From positions 1 to 63,123 of the forward strand of contig DATNEJ010000019.1 of the NCBI GenBank assembly GCA_035606775.1: DNA of 63,123 nt. The letters run 5' to 3'. Source of the DNA: Acetobacteraceae bacterium. Its GTDB lineage: Bacteria; Pseudomonadota; Alphaproteobacteria; Acetobacterales; Acetobacteraceae. The position numbers and the translations under genes are program-made. Below the pieces are notes generated by a model. That model worked only from the letters and a program-made list of their open reading frames with translations. It made no database searches and had not been told where the DNA came from. Shown in pieces: positions 1-10,240 of this stretch. The number at the start of each line of letters is the position of its first letter. Position 1 is the first letter of the stretch.

Positions 1-2
1 TC

Positions 3-821
3 GGGCGCGCGTTCTCCTTCCACACCTTCGCCGGCTACCTGGGCAGCGCGATCGCGCCCGTGCTGGTGCTGTGGATGGCGAACATGTGGGGCATGAACAC
101 GTCGATCGTCGTATCCGGTGTCATCGCCTTGATCGTGGCCGTGCCTTTGCTGGCTGCGGGGTGGCTGGATCGCTCGGTGGCGGCCAAGGCGCCGACGGGG
201 CGGGATGCGCAGCATATCCCGCTGAAACGCCTGCTGACGCCGGCCGTGCTGAGCCTAGTCGGGTTCTTCGCCCTGCTCAGCCTGAGCACGAGCGGGCTGA
301 ACAATTATTCGGCGGTGGCGCTGGTGCACATGTATGGCATCACGCTCTCCGCGGCGAACATTTCGCTGTCCTGTTTCCTGTTCGCGACCGCGATCGGCGT
401 GCTGGCGGGCGGCTTCATCGCCGATGCGACCAAGCGCCACGGCGATGTCGCCGCCGGCGGTTTCGGTGGCGCGGCGGTGCTGATCCTGCTGATCGGCATG
501 GTCAATCCGGGGCCATTCCTGCTGGCGGCCGCGATGGCCACGGCCGGATTCCTGTCCGGCATGATCGCGCCGTCGCGGGATATGCTGGTCCGCGCGGCCT
601 CCCCGCCCGGCGCGTTCGGACGGGTGTTCGGCATCGTCACCACCGGCTTCAATATCGGCGGCACGGTGGGCCCGCTGATCGGCGGCTGGATCATGGACCA
701 CAACGTGCCGCGCTGGGTGTTCTTCTCGTCGGTCGTGTTCATGGCACTGACCGCGGCAATGGGACTTGCCAGCGAATGGCGGTCGCGCCGGCGTGACACG
801 CTGGCCGGCGCAACCGGTTAA
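3..821 (+). CDS. MFS transporter (5'-truncated by window edge)
   Basis: Frame of ORF 60..821 is open back to position 3 (GRAFSFHTFAGYLGSAIAP); many hydrophobic helices; GGFIADA and GRVFGIVTTGFNIGGTVGP MFS-like motifs. Confidence 0.85.
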   Translation, partial: GRAFSFHTFAGYLGSAIAPVLVLWMANMWGMNTSIVVSGVIALIVAVPLLAAGWLDRSVAAKAPTGRDAQHIPLKRLLTPAVLSLVGFFALLSLSTSGLNNYSAVALVHMYGITLSAANISLSCFLFATAIGVLAGGFIADATKRHGDVAAGGFGGAAVLILLIGMVNPGPFLLAAAMATAGFLSGMIAPSRDMLVRAASPPGAFGRVFGIVTTGFNIGGTVGPLIGGWIMDHNVPRWVFFSSVVFMALTAAMGLASEWRSRRRDTLAGATG

Positions 822-832
822 GGAACGCAGCG

Positions 833-1291
833 ATGCAACCCCTGCCCACAGCGGATGAAGAAACCCGCGCGTTCTTTCGCGACTGGCTGGAACGCTTCTC
901 CAGCCATGTGCGGGAGGTGGACTATGCCGCAGCTCGTCCGTTGTTCCACCCCGATGTCCTGGCATTCGGCACCCATCGCGACGTGCTGCCAGGCCTGGAT
1001 GCGTGGATCAACACCCAGTGGGACAACGTCTGGCCGCGAACCGCCGATTTCCGCTTCGACCTCGATGCCACGCACATCCTGGTGTCGGATGACCGGAGCA
1101 TGGCCGTCGTGATCGCGCCATGGACCAGCACCGGCTTCCATCCCGACGGGAAGCCGTTCGACCGTCCGGGACGAGCAACAATGATCTTTCATCGCAGCGG
1201 CGATGGATGGATCGGGGTGCATTCGCACATGTCGCTTAATCGGGGTGTGCCGCAGGCAAGCCACGCGAACCGGCCGGTCAAGGCACGCTAA
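833..1291 (+). CDS. NTF2/SnoaL-like (YybH/DUF4440-type) protein
   Basis: 152 aa; SD AAGGA upstream; C-terminal GRATMIF...WIGVHSHMS typical of SnoaL_3/DUF4440 proteins. Confidence 0.75.
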   Translation: MQPLPTADEETRAFFRDWLERFSSHVREVDYAAARPLFHPDVLAFGTHRDVLPGLDAWINTQWDNVWPRTADFRFDLDATHILVSDDRSMAVVIAPWTSTGFHPDGKPFDRPGRATMIFHRSGDGWIGVHSHMSLNRGVPQASHANRPVKAR

Positions 1292-1302
1292 AGCCGGTTC
1301 GT

Positions 1303-3297
1303 TCAACGGGCCGACTCGCGGGGCTTCGGTGGCGGGAGCCGCTGGCCGCCGGGTTCTCGCTTCGCCTGAGCCAGTATCCGGTCGCAACGATGGTCCTCAC
1401 CCACGCCGAACTGGATCGTCGGCAGGATCGCCAGCGGCGGGAACACGACACCCAGGCCGGCCGCCAGTCCGCCCCGCGCCGCGGCTTCCGCGCCGGGCAC
1501 AATGGCCGGCTTCTTGAACGTCCCGGAAACATTGATTGGCGCGGGCAAAGATCCGATCGAGAAATGCTTTGCATCGGTGCGAAGCTGCAGATCGAGTTTT
1601 TCGTCCTTCAGGTCGATCATGCCCGATCCGTTGACGATTGATGATCCGGTGTCCACCACCAGCGCCTGCAACTGGAGTTTACCCTGCCTCAGAGCAGCAT
1701 CGCCGATAAAACACTCCACTTGTGTTCTGCTCGGCACACCAAGCGCCGAAAGCAGGGCGTTGCCGAATTGCAGACCCGACAAATCCACCAGCAACGAGCT
1801 GAGATCGCCACCCACCATGCCAAGCCGCACGCCGCCATTGCCGTTGCCGAGCATGGCGCCGACGGAGTTACCCACGGCGTCGATTTCCGCCGATCCGCTT
1901 ATGGTTCCCGCACCGTGGAACAGATGCGTTGCCGCCATCAGACGAGAGACAGAGATGCGCTGAAAATCGATGTCCCCTTTCGCATGAAGCAGGTTGTCGC
2001 GGGGCGCCAGCAGGACGGTGGCTTTGATCTGGCCCGACCCGACACCAAAGCTGAGCGGATGCAGCCTGCCCTGGCCGTTCACCACATCAAGCACGGCAAC
2101 CATATTATCGAGTGGAACAGAGCGACCCTGGATGCTATGGCCGCGGTAGCGGATATGGAGATCCGCCCATTGCAACCTCGGAATCCTAATCGGCTTTTCC
2201 GGCAGGAGGTTTGGCTTGGCCTCTGCCTGCGCGATTTCCTTGCGCTGTTGCTCGGTTTGGCCTGGCGTCGTAATCCGCCCAGGTGCCGCACCAATGAAGC
2301 CGCCAAGATCCGCAAGATCGACTGAACGCGACTGAAGCTCAGCCATAATTTCGGGCTTTTCCTTGTGCACATCCACCGTGATCGTGCCTTCAAGGTCGCT
2401 GCTGCCAAGCTTGCCCGCAAAATCGTGCAACCGAATCTGCTTGTCGCCGAAATCAAGCGCGCCGGTCAGCCGGAACGGCGGCGTCTTCGGAATGGGAAAT
2501 CCCACCAGCTTTTCGAGCTGACCAACGTCATTGCCGGCAACGCGAAATTTCAGGGCGGCGCCGATCAGGTGCAGCGGGTCGTTCAGAGTGCCCGACAAAG
2601 CGAGATGGGTCGGGCCGTTGGCGAGCTGGAGGTCAATGGGCCACGGACGTGAGGGGTCACGCAACGACAGCAATGCACCCCCAGTCGCTTTTCCGCTGAC
2701 GGGCGCGCCGCCATAGGTCCCGTGCAAATCGGCGACTACCTGCGCCGGGTTGGCTGCGTCGCCGGTTTGCCGCGTTTCAACGTTGATCACGAAGTCCGCT
2801 TTGAGTTTTGCAAGCTGGGTGCGGATGTTCCCGCCCTCGATCCTAAGATCGCCAATTTTCATTGTGGAACCTGATGATTCCGATGCCAGGTCCAACTTGT
2901 AGTTCTCGTCCCCGTTCGGCATCTGAACGAGCCGTAGGACAGGATCCTTTAAGTCGATTTCCGGCAACACAAGAGTGCCGTGCCGAATATAGTCCCATAG
3001 ATCCGCGGCAACCGCCAGTTTGGCGACATTGGCCAGCGACGGGCCGTGCCATCCCGTCGGGTTGGCGATCGCGACACCATCGGCGGTGATGCGAACCGTG
3101 CGGCCCAGGCGGACGTGCAAATGATCAACAGTGACCGGCCGGCCAACCGCGGCCGACGCGCGCGATTCCACCACCGGAATGAACCAGTCCCAGTTCCAAA
3201 GCCCTATGATGATCGCAATAAGAAGGGCGGGGATGCCAATCCCCGCCCCCCATCTGGTTGATCGCCGCCACGCCATTTGCCTGGCCCACCGTCGCAA
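1303..3297 (-). CDS. asmA: AsmA family protein
   Basis: 664 aa; N-terminal TM anchor then WNWDW..ASAAVGRPVTV, beta-rich body, GSSDLEG and GGDLSSLLVDLSGLQFG motifs of AsmA/YhjG proteins. True start may be ATG 3276. Confidence 0.8.
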   Translation of the reverse strand: MRRWARQMAWRRSTRWGAGIGIPALLIAIIIGLWNWDWFIPVVESRASAAVGRPVTVDHLHVRLGRTVRITADGVAIANPTGWHGPSLANVAKLAVAADLWDYIRHGTLVLPEIDLKDPVLRLVQMPNGDENYKLDLASESSGSTMKIGDLRIEGGNIRTQLAKLKADFVINVETRQTGDAANPAQVVADLHGTYGGAPVSGKATGGALLSLRDPSRPWPIDLQLANGPTHLALSGTLNDPLHLIGAALKFRVAGNDVGQLEKLVGFPIPKTPPFRLTGALDFGDKQIRLHDFAGKLGSSDLEGTITVDVHKEKPEIMAELQSRSVDLADLGGFIGAAPGRITTPGQTEQQRKEIAQAEAKPNLLPEKPIRIPRLQWADLHIRYRGHSIQGRSVPLDNMVAVLDVVNGQGRLHPLSFGVGSGQIKATVLLAPRDNLLHAKGDIDFQRISVSRLMAATHLFHGAGTISGSAEIDAVGNSVGAMLGNGNGGVRLGMVGGDLSSLLVDLSGLQFGNALLSALGVPSRTQVECFIGDAALRQGKLQLQALVVDTGSSIVNGSGMIDLKDEKLDLQLRTDAKHFSIGSLPAPINVSGTFKKPAIVPGAEAAARGGLAAGLGVVFPPLAILPTIQFGVGEDHRCDRILAQAKREPGGQRLPPPKPRESAR

Positions 3298-3372
3298 AGG
3301 AGCGGTCGCTGCACGCTGCAGGAAAGACAGTGCCTGTTGTCGAGCAGTGTCCGCCGGGAGTTGAGCCTGTGG

Positions 3373-3675
3373 CTATTTGGCTCCTGCCGATGCCCCGGGC
3401 TTGGTTTGCGGCGGCGAGGGCGGAACCGCATTGGACGAGCCGGTGCTCTGGTCCGCTGTGCTGCCTTCGGTCGTGGGCTTGGTTGCAGAGCGATCCGCGT
3501 GGGTCACGCTGGTGTCCGTCCGGGCCGTCGAACCGCTGGTCGATGGCATCGTTGTTTCCGTTTGCTGGCTTGTGCCGTGTGTCGTATCGGACGTCTTGCC
3601 GGCGGCAAGCACCACGGCCGCCGGTGTGGCGATGAGAGATGCCGCCACGATGATGGCCTGCATTCTACTGGACAT
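3373..3675 (-). CDS. Small secreted low-complexity (Thr/Ser/Pro-rich) hypothetical protein
   Basis: SD GAAAGGA before ATG 3675; signal-peptide-like N-terminus (MQAIIVAASLIATPAAVVLAA) then disordered T/S-rich tail. Confidence 0.65.
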   Translation of the reverse strand: MSSRMQAIIVAASLIATPAAVVLAAGKTSDTTHGTSQQTETTMPSTSGSTARTDTSVTHADRSATKPTTEGSTADQSTGSSNAVPPSPPQTKPGASAGAK

Positions 3676-3771
3676 GAATGTGTTCCTTTCCACCGTTCGT
3701 GCGGTCAGTCGCACGACGATGTGGCGGTAACGCGCCTCAAGCGCTGAACGGTTTGCGCAATTCTCGACGAT

Positions 3772-6423
3772 TCACGCGGATTCGAACGAGTGCAGGACGG
3801 CCACCGGCATCGTTGCAAGGACATCGGAAACGGCGAGCGAATTGCCGCTTGGCTTGTGCAAGCAGCCGGTGAAAAGTTCTCGCAACACGCGGCCGGACAA
3901 TTCGGGAGGCAGACTAAGTGACGATCCATTCCAGAATGCCGGATCGATCGTCAGGATTTCGTTGCCATACAAGAATTTTCTTACAAGGCGAGGTACAACG
4001 GTCAACAGAAGCGTGTTCTCATAGCACCGAATAAAACTTAGTATTCTGTTCGGGCATTTTCCTTGCACCATCACCGGACGGTAATCGCCCTGTGCGAACA
4101 GCACGGGATTCGATGCGCGCAGTGCCAGAACGCGCGCAATGATCGCCTGCTTCACCCGTCCGTCGCGCCAATGCGCAGCCAGGGCGGCGGGATCATCGCC
4201 CGCTTGCAAGGCATCGATCCGAGCAGCGAAGTCAACGGGACGGCGGTTGTCGGGATCGACAAGGCTTAAATCCCAGAATTCCGTCCCTTGAAAAATATCC
4301 GGCACGCCGGGAGTGGTAAGCTTCAACACAGTCTGCGCCAGACCGTTCACCGCGCCGGACGGTGCGATGCGCTGCACCAGTTCCCACGCCTCATGCAGAA
4401 AGCCGGCTTCATCGGCCATGACCCCGGACAGGAAGCGATGCGCCGCTTCTTCGTACTCCAGGTTCGGCGTCAGCCAGTCCGTTTCCAGCTTGGCTTCACG
4501 CATCCCCTTCCTCTGCCACGCCGCCAGACGCTCAACGAAGGCATTGCGCGCAGGCACATCGTCAGGCCGCAATGCCAGCGGCCAGGCGCCGACGATCATC
4601 TGGTAGAGCATCACCTCATCGCCGTGCGACGGTGCCAACCGGTCACTCTCTCGCCGGTGGCGGGCGTTGCGCTCCATCCACCGGCAGAGCGTGGCTTCCC
4701 ACGCTTCCGGCATCTCGCTCAGCACCGCCAACCGGGCACGAACGTCCTCGCCCCGCTTGTGGTCGTGCGTTGCCGTGGCCAGCATGGCGTCGGGGAAACG
4801 CAACAGGCGTTCGGCACAAGCCTTATGGAAGTCCTCGGGCCCGATCCCCAAGACGGAAGCATCGAACCCGACATCGTTCCGCGATACCAGCCGGCCATAC
4901 CGATAGAACGCCGTGTCCTCCACTGCCTTGGCGGCGAGCGGTGCGCTGAGCTGCTGGACCTGTGTCGCGGCAACACGCCGAATCTGGCAGCCCGACGCCG
5001 CGGTCAGTTTGCTGACCAGCCATCGGCCCAGCGCCTCGATCGCGTCGTGCAAAGAAGGGCGGCTGTCCGCCTTTGCGCCTGCCACCGCACGCTCGATCGC
5101 CGTCTCATCGCCGGCGCTGCAGTCCCCGCCGACATGGTAGGTGCGATAGACGGCAAAGTGCGAGAGCAGCGCAACCAGCGCCCGACGGATTGACGGAGCC
5201 GACAGATCGCGCGTCGCCGGATCGACGGCGGCGAGCCGACGCAGGGACATCGACGCGGCGGCAAGTTGTGCGGCGAAACCGGCTTCCAGGATCTCCCGGC
5301 GGGCAGTCACCTCCTCCTCAACAAATGCCGCCGGCCTGCCACTCAACACCGCCCATGCCGCCGCAAGCACCCCCTCCGCGTCAGGGTCATGCTGCACCGC
5401 GCTGACGCAGTCCATGAAGTCGTAGCCGCTGGTGCCGTCCACCGGCCAGTCGTCCGGTAAGGATTCGCCGGCACCTAGGATCTTCTCGACCACCAGATAG
5501 GCCGGTCCCGGCGGAGTACCGGCGGGGCGCGCATCCTCCAAAGCTGCCAGGGATTCCCGAAGCTGGCGGCAGTAGCCCGGCGGGTCCGCGAGTCCATCGA
5601 CATGGTCAACACGCACGCCGTCGATCAGTCCCTCGGCATACAGACGAAACAGCGTCGCGTGCGTTGCCGTGAACACCGCGGGATCTTCCATGCGCAGCGC
5701 GGCCAGGCCGTTAATGTCGAAGAACCGGCGCCAGTTGATCTCGTCGCCTGCGACGCGCCACCACGCCAGGCGGTAATGCTGCCGTTCGAGAAGACGGTGC
5801 AAGCGCGCCAGTCCGGCGGCACTCGCCGTATCGTAGGCGCCGGCTCCCGCGGCCGTGACCTCGGCGAAATCATGGCTATCAATCGGATAAGCCACCTGAC
5901 CGCAACGGATTGACGGAACACCGCTCGGATCAATCGTCAGCTTCATCTCGCCATCGGCGAGCGCCGCACCGTACGGCTTGCTGAGAAACGGCGCCAGCAC
6001 CTTGCCGCGCAAGTCGGGATCGGGGCAATCCCAGTCGATATCGAAGAACGACGCGAAGCGGCTGGCGCGGCCGTGCCGGAGAACATCGGTCCACCAAGGG
6101 TTGTCACCCCCGTCCACCGCCATGTGGTTCGGCACGATATCGACAATCAGGCCCAGACCCGCTCCGCGGAGCGCAGCGATAAGACGCCGAAGTCCTGGTT
6201 CCCCGCCCAGCTCAACGCTGACGGTTGTCGGATCGATGACGTCGTATCCGTGCATAGAACCTGGACGCGCCGTGAGGATCGGCGAAGCATAGAGATGGCT
6301 CACCCCGAGGGCGGCGAGATACGGAACCACGCCGGCTGCATCGGCGAAGGTGAAGCCCCTATGGAGCTGTAGCCGCATCGTTGCCCGCACGCTGGGCCGG
6401 CGACGGCCGAGCGGCGGTGTCAC
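3772..6423 (-). CDS. treY: Malto-oligosyltrehalose synthase
   Basis: RATMRLQLHRGFTF, GSMHGYDVIDP, DIVPNHM, INWRRFFDIN, RVDHVDGLADP, TATHDHKRGED, SLVDPDNRRPVDF motifs; GTGA overlap with malQ stop. Confidence 0.95.
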   Translation of the reverse strand: MTPPLGRRRPSVRATMRLQLHRGFTFADAAGVVPYLAALGVSHLYASPILTARPGSMHGYDVIDPTTVSVELGGEPGLRRLIAALRGAGLGLIVDIVPNHMAVDGGDNPWWTDVLRHGRASRFASFFDIDWDCPDPDLRGKVLAPFLSKPYGAALADGEMKLTIDPSGVPSIRCGQVAYPIDSHDFAEVTAAGAGAYDTASAAGLARLHRLLERQHYRLAWWRVAGDEINWRRFFDINGLAALRMEDPAVFTATHATLFRLYAEGLIDGVRVDHVDGLADPPGYCRQLRESLAALEDARPAGTPPGPAYLVVEKILGAGESLPDDWPVDGTSGYDFMDCVSAVQHDPDAEGVLAAAWAVLSGRPAAFVEEEVTARREILEAGFAAQLAAASMSLRRLAAVDPATRDLSAPSIRRALVALLSHFAVYRTYHVGGDCSAGDETAIERAVAGAKADSRPSLHDAIEALGRWLVSKLTAASGCQIRRVAATQVQQLSAPLAAKAVEDTAFYRYGRLVSRNDVGFDASVLGIGPEDFHKACAERLLRFPDAMLATATHDHKRGEDVRARLAVLSEMPEAWEATLCRWMERNARHRRESDRLAPSHGDEVMLYQMIVGAWPLALRPDDVPARNAFVERLAAWQRKGMREAKLETDWLTPNLEYEEAAHRFLSGVMADEAGFLHEAWELVQRIAPSGAVNGLAQTVLKLTTPGVPDIFQGTEFWDLSLVDPDNRRPVDFAARIDALQAGDDPAALAAHWRDGRVKQAIIARVLALRASNPVLFAQGDYRPVMVQGKCPNRILSFIRCYENTLLLTVVPRLVRKFLYGNEILTIDPAFWNGSSLSLPPELSGRVLRELFTGCLHKPSGNSLAVSDVLATMPVAVLHSFESA

Positions 6424-8498
6424 TGCCTTGGCCGCTCCGCCGCGACCGCGGCAACCCTGGACACGACGTCAGCCTGCTCCAGGGCCACTTCAGCAGGAAC
6501 AGGCAGGCGGCGCCGCCAATTCGGGTAATCATCGACGGATCCCGGTAGATTCGGCTGCTCCTGTTGGGCAAGCAGATCCTCGAGCGGGATCAGGCAGAGC
6601 GGTGACTCGGTACGCGCGACAAAGCGCAGGGCAGCGTCGACGACCGGTTTCGGATCATCGGTCGGCGGCGGCAGACCTTCAGCGACGTGCTCGCTGACAA
6701 GCGCATTCCACAACGCGGGCCGATCCGCGCTTCGTTGCTGTTGCATGGCCTCCGGCGTCATACCCAGGCCAAGCTGGCCGTGCTCCGTGCGCGCCACGAT
6801 ATCAGTGCCGCTCCACCATCCTGCCACGGTGGGAAGATCATGCGTGGAGGTCATCGCCACCGCCGAACGGTCCCAGCCGCGCGGCGGATTGAAACCGCCG
6901 TTGCTGTTCCGCTCGAACCACAGAACGCGCATGCCGTGTACCCCAGCCTGCTCCAGCACGTCATGGTAGCCAGCGGGTACGGTCCCCAGATCCTCACCCA
7001 GCACGATAGCGCCGTGACGAACGGACTCGAGCGCCAGCAGGCGCAGCAGATCCTGGAGCGGATACGAAAGATAGGCGCCTTCCGCGGGGGTCGCGCCTTC
7101 CGGCACCAGCCACAGCCGCGCGAGGCCCATCGCGTGGTCTATACGGATGCCGCCGACATTGCGCATGGCGGCACGAAGCGTGGCAATGAACGGCGCATAG
7201 CCGCGGGCTTCCAATGCATGAGGCGAAAAGCTTGCCAGTCCCCATGCCTGTCCGCGTCGGTTCATCAGATCGGGCGGTGCGCCGATGGTAAGGCCGAGCA
7301 GCAGATCGTCCTGCTGGCTCCAGGCCTGGCTTCCTGTGGGGTCGATGCCGACAGCAAGGTCACCGATCAGGCCGATGCGCATCCCCGCCTGGCGCGCGCG
7401 TAGCTGAGCAGCAGAAAGGGAGCGAACGGTCACCCATTGGACAAAGGTGTGAAACAGCAACACGTCCTCTCGGGAGGCGGCGAACGCCGCCACCGCGGCG
7501 CTGCGAGGATTGCGCAGATCGGATGGCCAGCGGCGCCAATCCCCGACCGTACTATGTGCGGCATGCAGCGCTTCGAAACAAGCGTGCTGGAAAAGTGCTT
7601 CACCGCCATCGGCGCGATAGCGGGCGAAATCGGCACCCAATGCCCCGTCCCAGGCGGGACCATCCAGGAAAGCGTCGAACAGAGCGTGAAGCACTGCCTG
7701 CTTGGCCGACGCGGATGCAGGCCAGTCGATAAGGTCGCCAGGTGCCGCCGCACCATTGGCTGCCTCAAGTCCCGCGCTGGCCATCGCCTCCGCTACGAAA
7801 TCCGCACCGAACACGAGGGCAGGTGCAGCATGCAGAGGATTGTAAAACAGCCGGCTTGAAGGCGCGTAGGGTCCATAGCGGGCAGGGTCTGTCCCGAATA
7901 CGGCATGAACCGGACTGAGCGCCAACGCGTCGGCACCCTGGCGAGCCGCGGACTCTGCCAGGGCGACAACGCCGGCCGCGTCGCCGATGCCGTAGTCGCC
8001 GTCGGTCTTCAGCGCATAGACCTGCGCCGTCAAACCCCACAGGCGCGCGTCAGGCACAACGTCCTCAATCGCTCGGCAATGCGCCGGCGCGACCGCCAGC
8101 ACGATTTCCCGATCCTCGATTTGCATCCGGTGGTAGCCCGATTCGGCGATAGCGGGGACACGAAGCCGGCCGCGCGCCGGCAGCAAGGAAATATCCCGCT
8201 GGCCGCCGCGTTCCAGGGTCAGGCGGGCTGCCACCGCCTCATTGCCGCCGACGTCGAGACGCGTGGGGCGTCCGGCAATCGCCGTAATCAGCGGCGGAAG
8301 GTCGGCGAGCGTGCTTCGCCGTGCGAGCGTGCGCCTGCTGGCCGACAGATCCCTGCTGCTATCGGCGCGAAAACCAAGCGCCGCGAGTATGCGACGCAGC
8401 ACGTCGGGTGCAACTGTGTGGGTCTTGCCGGCCTGATCCTGCCATTCGACCGAAACGCCGGCACGCCGCGCAAGGTCCCGCAGAGCATCGTCGGTCAT
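6420..8498 (-). CDS. malQ: 4-alpha-glucanotransferase (GH77)
   Basis: GDLAVG, GAPPD, GGIRIDHAMGL, GEDLGTVP, STHDLPT, QPNLPG..YPNWRRRL motifs; ATG 8498 overlaps treZ stop (ATGA). Confidence 0.95.
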   Translation of the reverse strand: MTDDALRDLARRAGVSVEWQDQAGKTHTVAPDVLRRILAALGFRADSSRDLSASRRTLARRSTLADLPPLITAIAGRPTRLDVGGNEAVAARLTLERGGQRDISLLPARGRLRVPAIAESGYHRMQIEDREIVLAVAPAHCRAIEDVVPDARLWGLTAQVYALKTDGDYGIGDAAGVVALAESAARQGADALALSPVHAVFGTDPARYGPYAPSSRLFYNPLHAAPALVFGADFVAEAMASAGLEAANGAAAPGDLIDWPASASAKQAVLHALFDAFLDGPAWDGALGADFARYRADGGEALFQHACFEALHAAHSTVGDWRRWPSDLRNPRSAAVAAFAASREDVLLFHTFVQWVTVRSLSAAQLRARQAGMRIGLIGDLAVGIDPTGSQAWSQQDDLLLGLTIGAPPDLMNRRGQAWGLASFSPHALEARGYAPFIATLRAAMRNVGGIRIDHAMGLARLWLVPEGATPAEGAYLSYPLQDLLRLLALESVRHGAIVLGEDLGTVPAGYHDVLEQAGVHGMRVLWFERNSNGGFNPPRGWDRSAVAMTSTHDLPTVAGWWSGTDIVARTEHGQLGLGMTPEAMQQQRSADRPALWNALVSEHVAEGLPPPTDDPKPVVDAALRFVARTESPLCLIPLEDLLAQQEQPNLPGSVDDYPNWRRRLPVPAEVALEQADVVSRVAAVAAERPRQ

Positions 8499-10240
8499 TG
8501 CTCGAATCCCAAGAACACCGCAGTGCAATAGCCCGGGAGTTCGTCCCGCAGGGTACTGGACACGAAGATTTGGCGGCCGGACGGGGGCGGGAAGGGAATG
8601 GCCGCACGATCAAGGTTGCACGCAATTGTCAGGACGGAGCCGTCACCCAGCGTCCATGCCGCCCGCACGGCCTTCGGCCCGATCACCGCGGAACCGATCG
8701 ATCGGGCGCCTGCCAGTCGGGGAACGATCTCCGTCTGCCGCAGCGCGATGAGATGCCGGTACAGTGCCTGCCGCTCCTGGGCGAGCGCCGGGTCTGGCGA
8801 CGGCGCCGAGGCCTCGAACGTGGCCTTTGCGTTCGGATCCGGAATCTTCTCGCGCTGAGCCTGATCGGCGAATGCGGCGAAGCCCACGAACTCCTGACGG
8901 CGGCCTTCGCAGACGATCCTGGCCAGGTCGGCATTGTGATCTGTGAAGAACAGGAACGGCGAGCGACTGGCGGTCTCTTCCCCCATGAACAGCAGAGGAA
9001 TCTGTGGACAGAGCATCTGCAGGGCGATGGCGGCTTCCAGCGCGGCAGGGTCGGCGAGCACCGTCAAACGCTCCCCGAACGCCCGGTTGCCGACCTGATC
9101 GTGGTTCTGCAGGAACAGGATGTGTGCTGTCGGTGGCAGATCGGCCGATGGTGCGCCGCGCTTCGTGCCCAGGTAGCGGCAGTGCTGCCCCTGGAATGCC
9201 CAGCCCTCCGCCAGGCAGCGGGCAAGTGCCTCGGCCGGCCAGTCGGCGTAGTCCGCGTAATAGCCGCCAGTCTCTCCGGTCAGCAGCACATGCAGGGCAT
9301 TATGGGCATCGTCGTTCCACTGCGCATCGATGTTCCCGCGCAAGTGGGATGGATCGTTGTGATGCTCCATCATCAGGTGGACATGGCGGGAGGGATCGAC
9401 CGATTTGCGGACGGTCTCGGCCATCTCGGTCACCCAGTCCTGTTCCAGGATCGCGTGGACCGCATCGAAGCGAAGTCCGTCGAAGCGATACTCGTTCAGC
9501 CAGTAGAGCACATTGGCCGTGAAATAGGCGCGAACCTGCGGACAGCGGAAGTCGATAGCGGCACCCCACGGCGTGGCCGCGTCCTGCCGGAAGAACGGGG
9601 AGGCGTAACACCCGAGGTAGTTCCCATCGGGACCGAAATGATTGTACACGACATCCAGGAACATCATCAGGCCAAGACCGTGCGCGGCGTCGATCAGCGC
9701 CTTCAGGTCATCGGGTGTGCCGTACGCGGCATCGGGCGCAAACGGCAGGACACCGTCGTAACCCCAGTTCCGGCCGCCGGGAAAATCACTCACCGGCATC
9801 AGCTCGACCGCGGTGACGCCAAGCTCCCGCAAGCGCGGCAATTGTTGCCTGACACCCTGGAAGCCCCCGAACACGCCGGCGTGAAGCTCATAAATGACGG
9901 TTTCCTGCCAGGGACGGCCCCGCCAAGCCGGATTGCGCCAGCGATAAGCGCGGGGGTCGATAACGACGCTAGGCCCATGGACATCATCCGCCTGCCCCCG
10001 CGACGCTGGATCGGGCACCAGAGTCCCCTCACCCAGGCGAAAGCGGTAAAACAGACCGACGGCCCCAGGTCGCATCGCCTCGAACCAGCCATCTGGCCGG
10101 CGTTGCATCGGCAGATCCGGCCCGCTCTCGATCGCCACCGCGACGGCGTCCTGGTCCGGTGCCCACAGGCGAAAGCTGACCTGCCCTTCCGGGCTTATCG
10201 CGGCACCGAAAGGCAGAGCTTCGGCAAAGCGGTCGATCAT
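8495..10240 (-). CDS. treZ: Malto-oligosyltrehalose trehalohydrolase
   Basis: FRLWAP, RNWGYDGV, DVVYNHFGPDGNYL, DGLRFDAVHAI, AQWNDD, FLQNHDQVGNRAFGERL motifs. Confidence 0.95.
   Translation of the reverse strand: MIDRFAEALPFGAAISPEGQVSFRLWAPDQDAVAVAIESGPDLPMQRRPDGWFEAMRPGAVGLFYRFRLGEGTLVPDPASRGQADDVHGPSVVIDPRAYRWRNPAWRGRPWQETVIYELHAGVFGGFQGVRQQLPRLRELGVTAVELMPVSDFPGGRNWGYDGVLPFAPDAAYGTPDDLKALIDAAHGLGLMMFLDVVYNHFGPDGNYLGCYASPFFRQDAATPWGAAIDFRCPQVRAYFTANVLYWLNEYRFDGLRFDAVHAILEQDWVTEMAETVRKSVDPSRHVHLMMEHHNDPSHLRGNIDAQWNDDAHNALHVLLTGETGGYYADYADWPAEALARCLAEGWAFQGQHCRYLGTKRGAPSADLPPTAHILFLQNHDQVGNRAFGERLTVLADPAALEAAIALQMLCPQIPLLFMGEETASRSPFLFFTDHNADLARIVCEGRRQEFVGFAAFADQAQREKIPDPNAKATFEASAPSPDPALAQERQALYRHLIALRQTEIVPRLAGARSIGSAVIGPKAVRAAWTLGDGSVLTIACNLDRAAIPFPPPSGRQIFVSSTLRDELPGYCTAVFLGFEQ

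Noticed and set aside
3729-3755. Fourth EcfG-type promoter before the small secreted gene
   Set aside because: Reads CAAAC-N18-CGTT; both -35 and spacing deviate from consensus.
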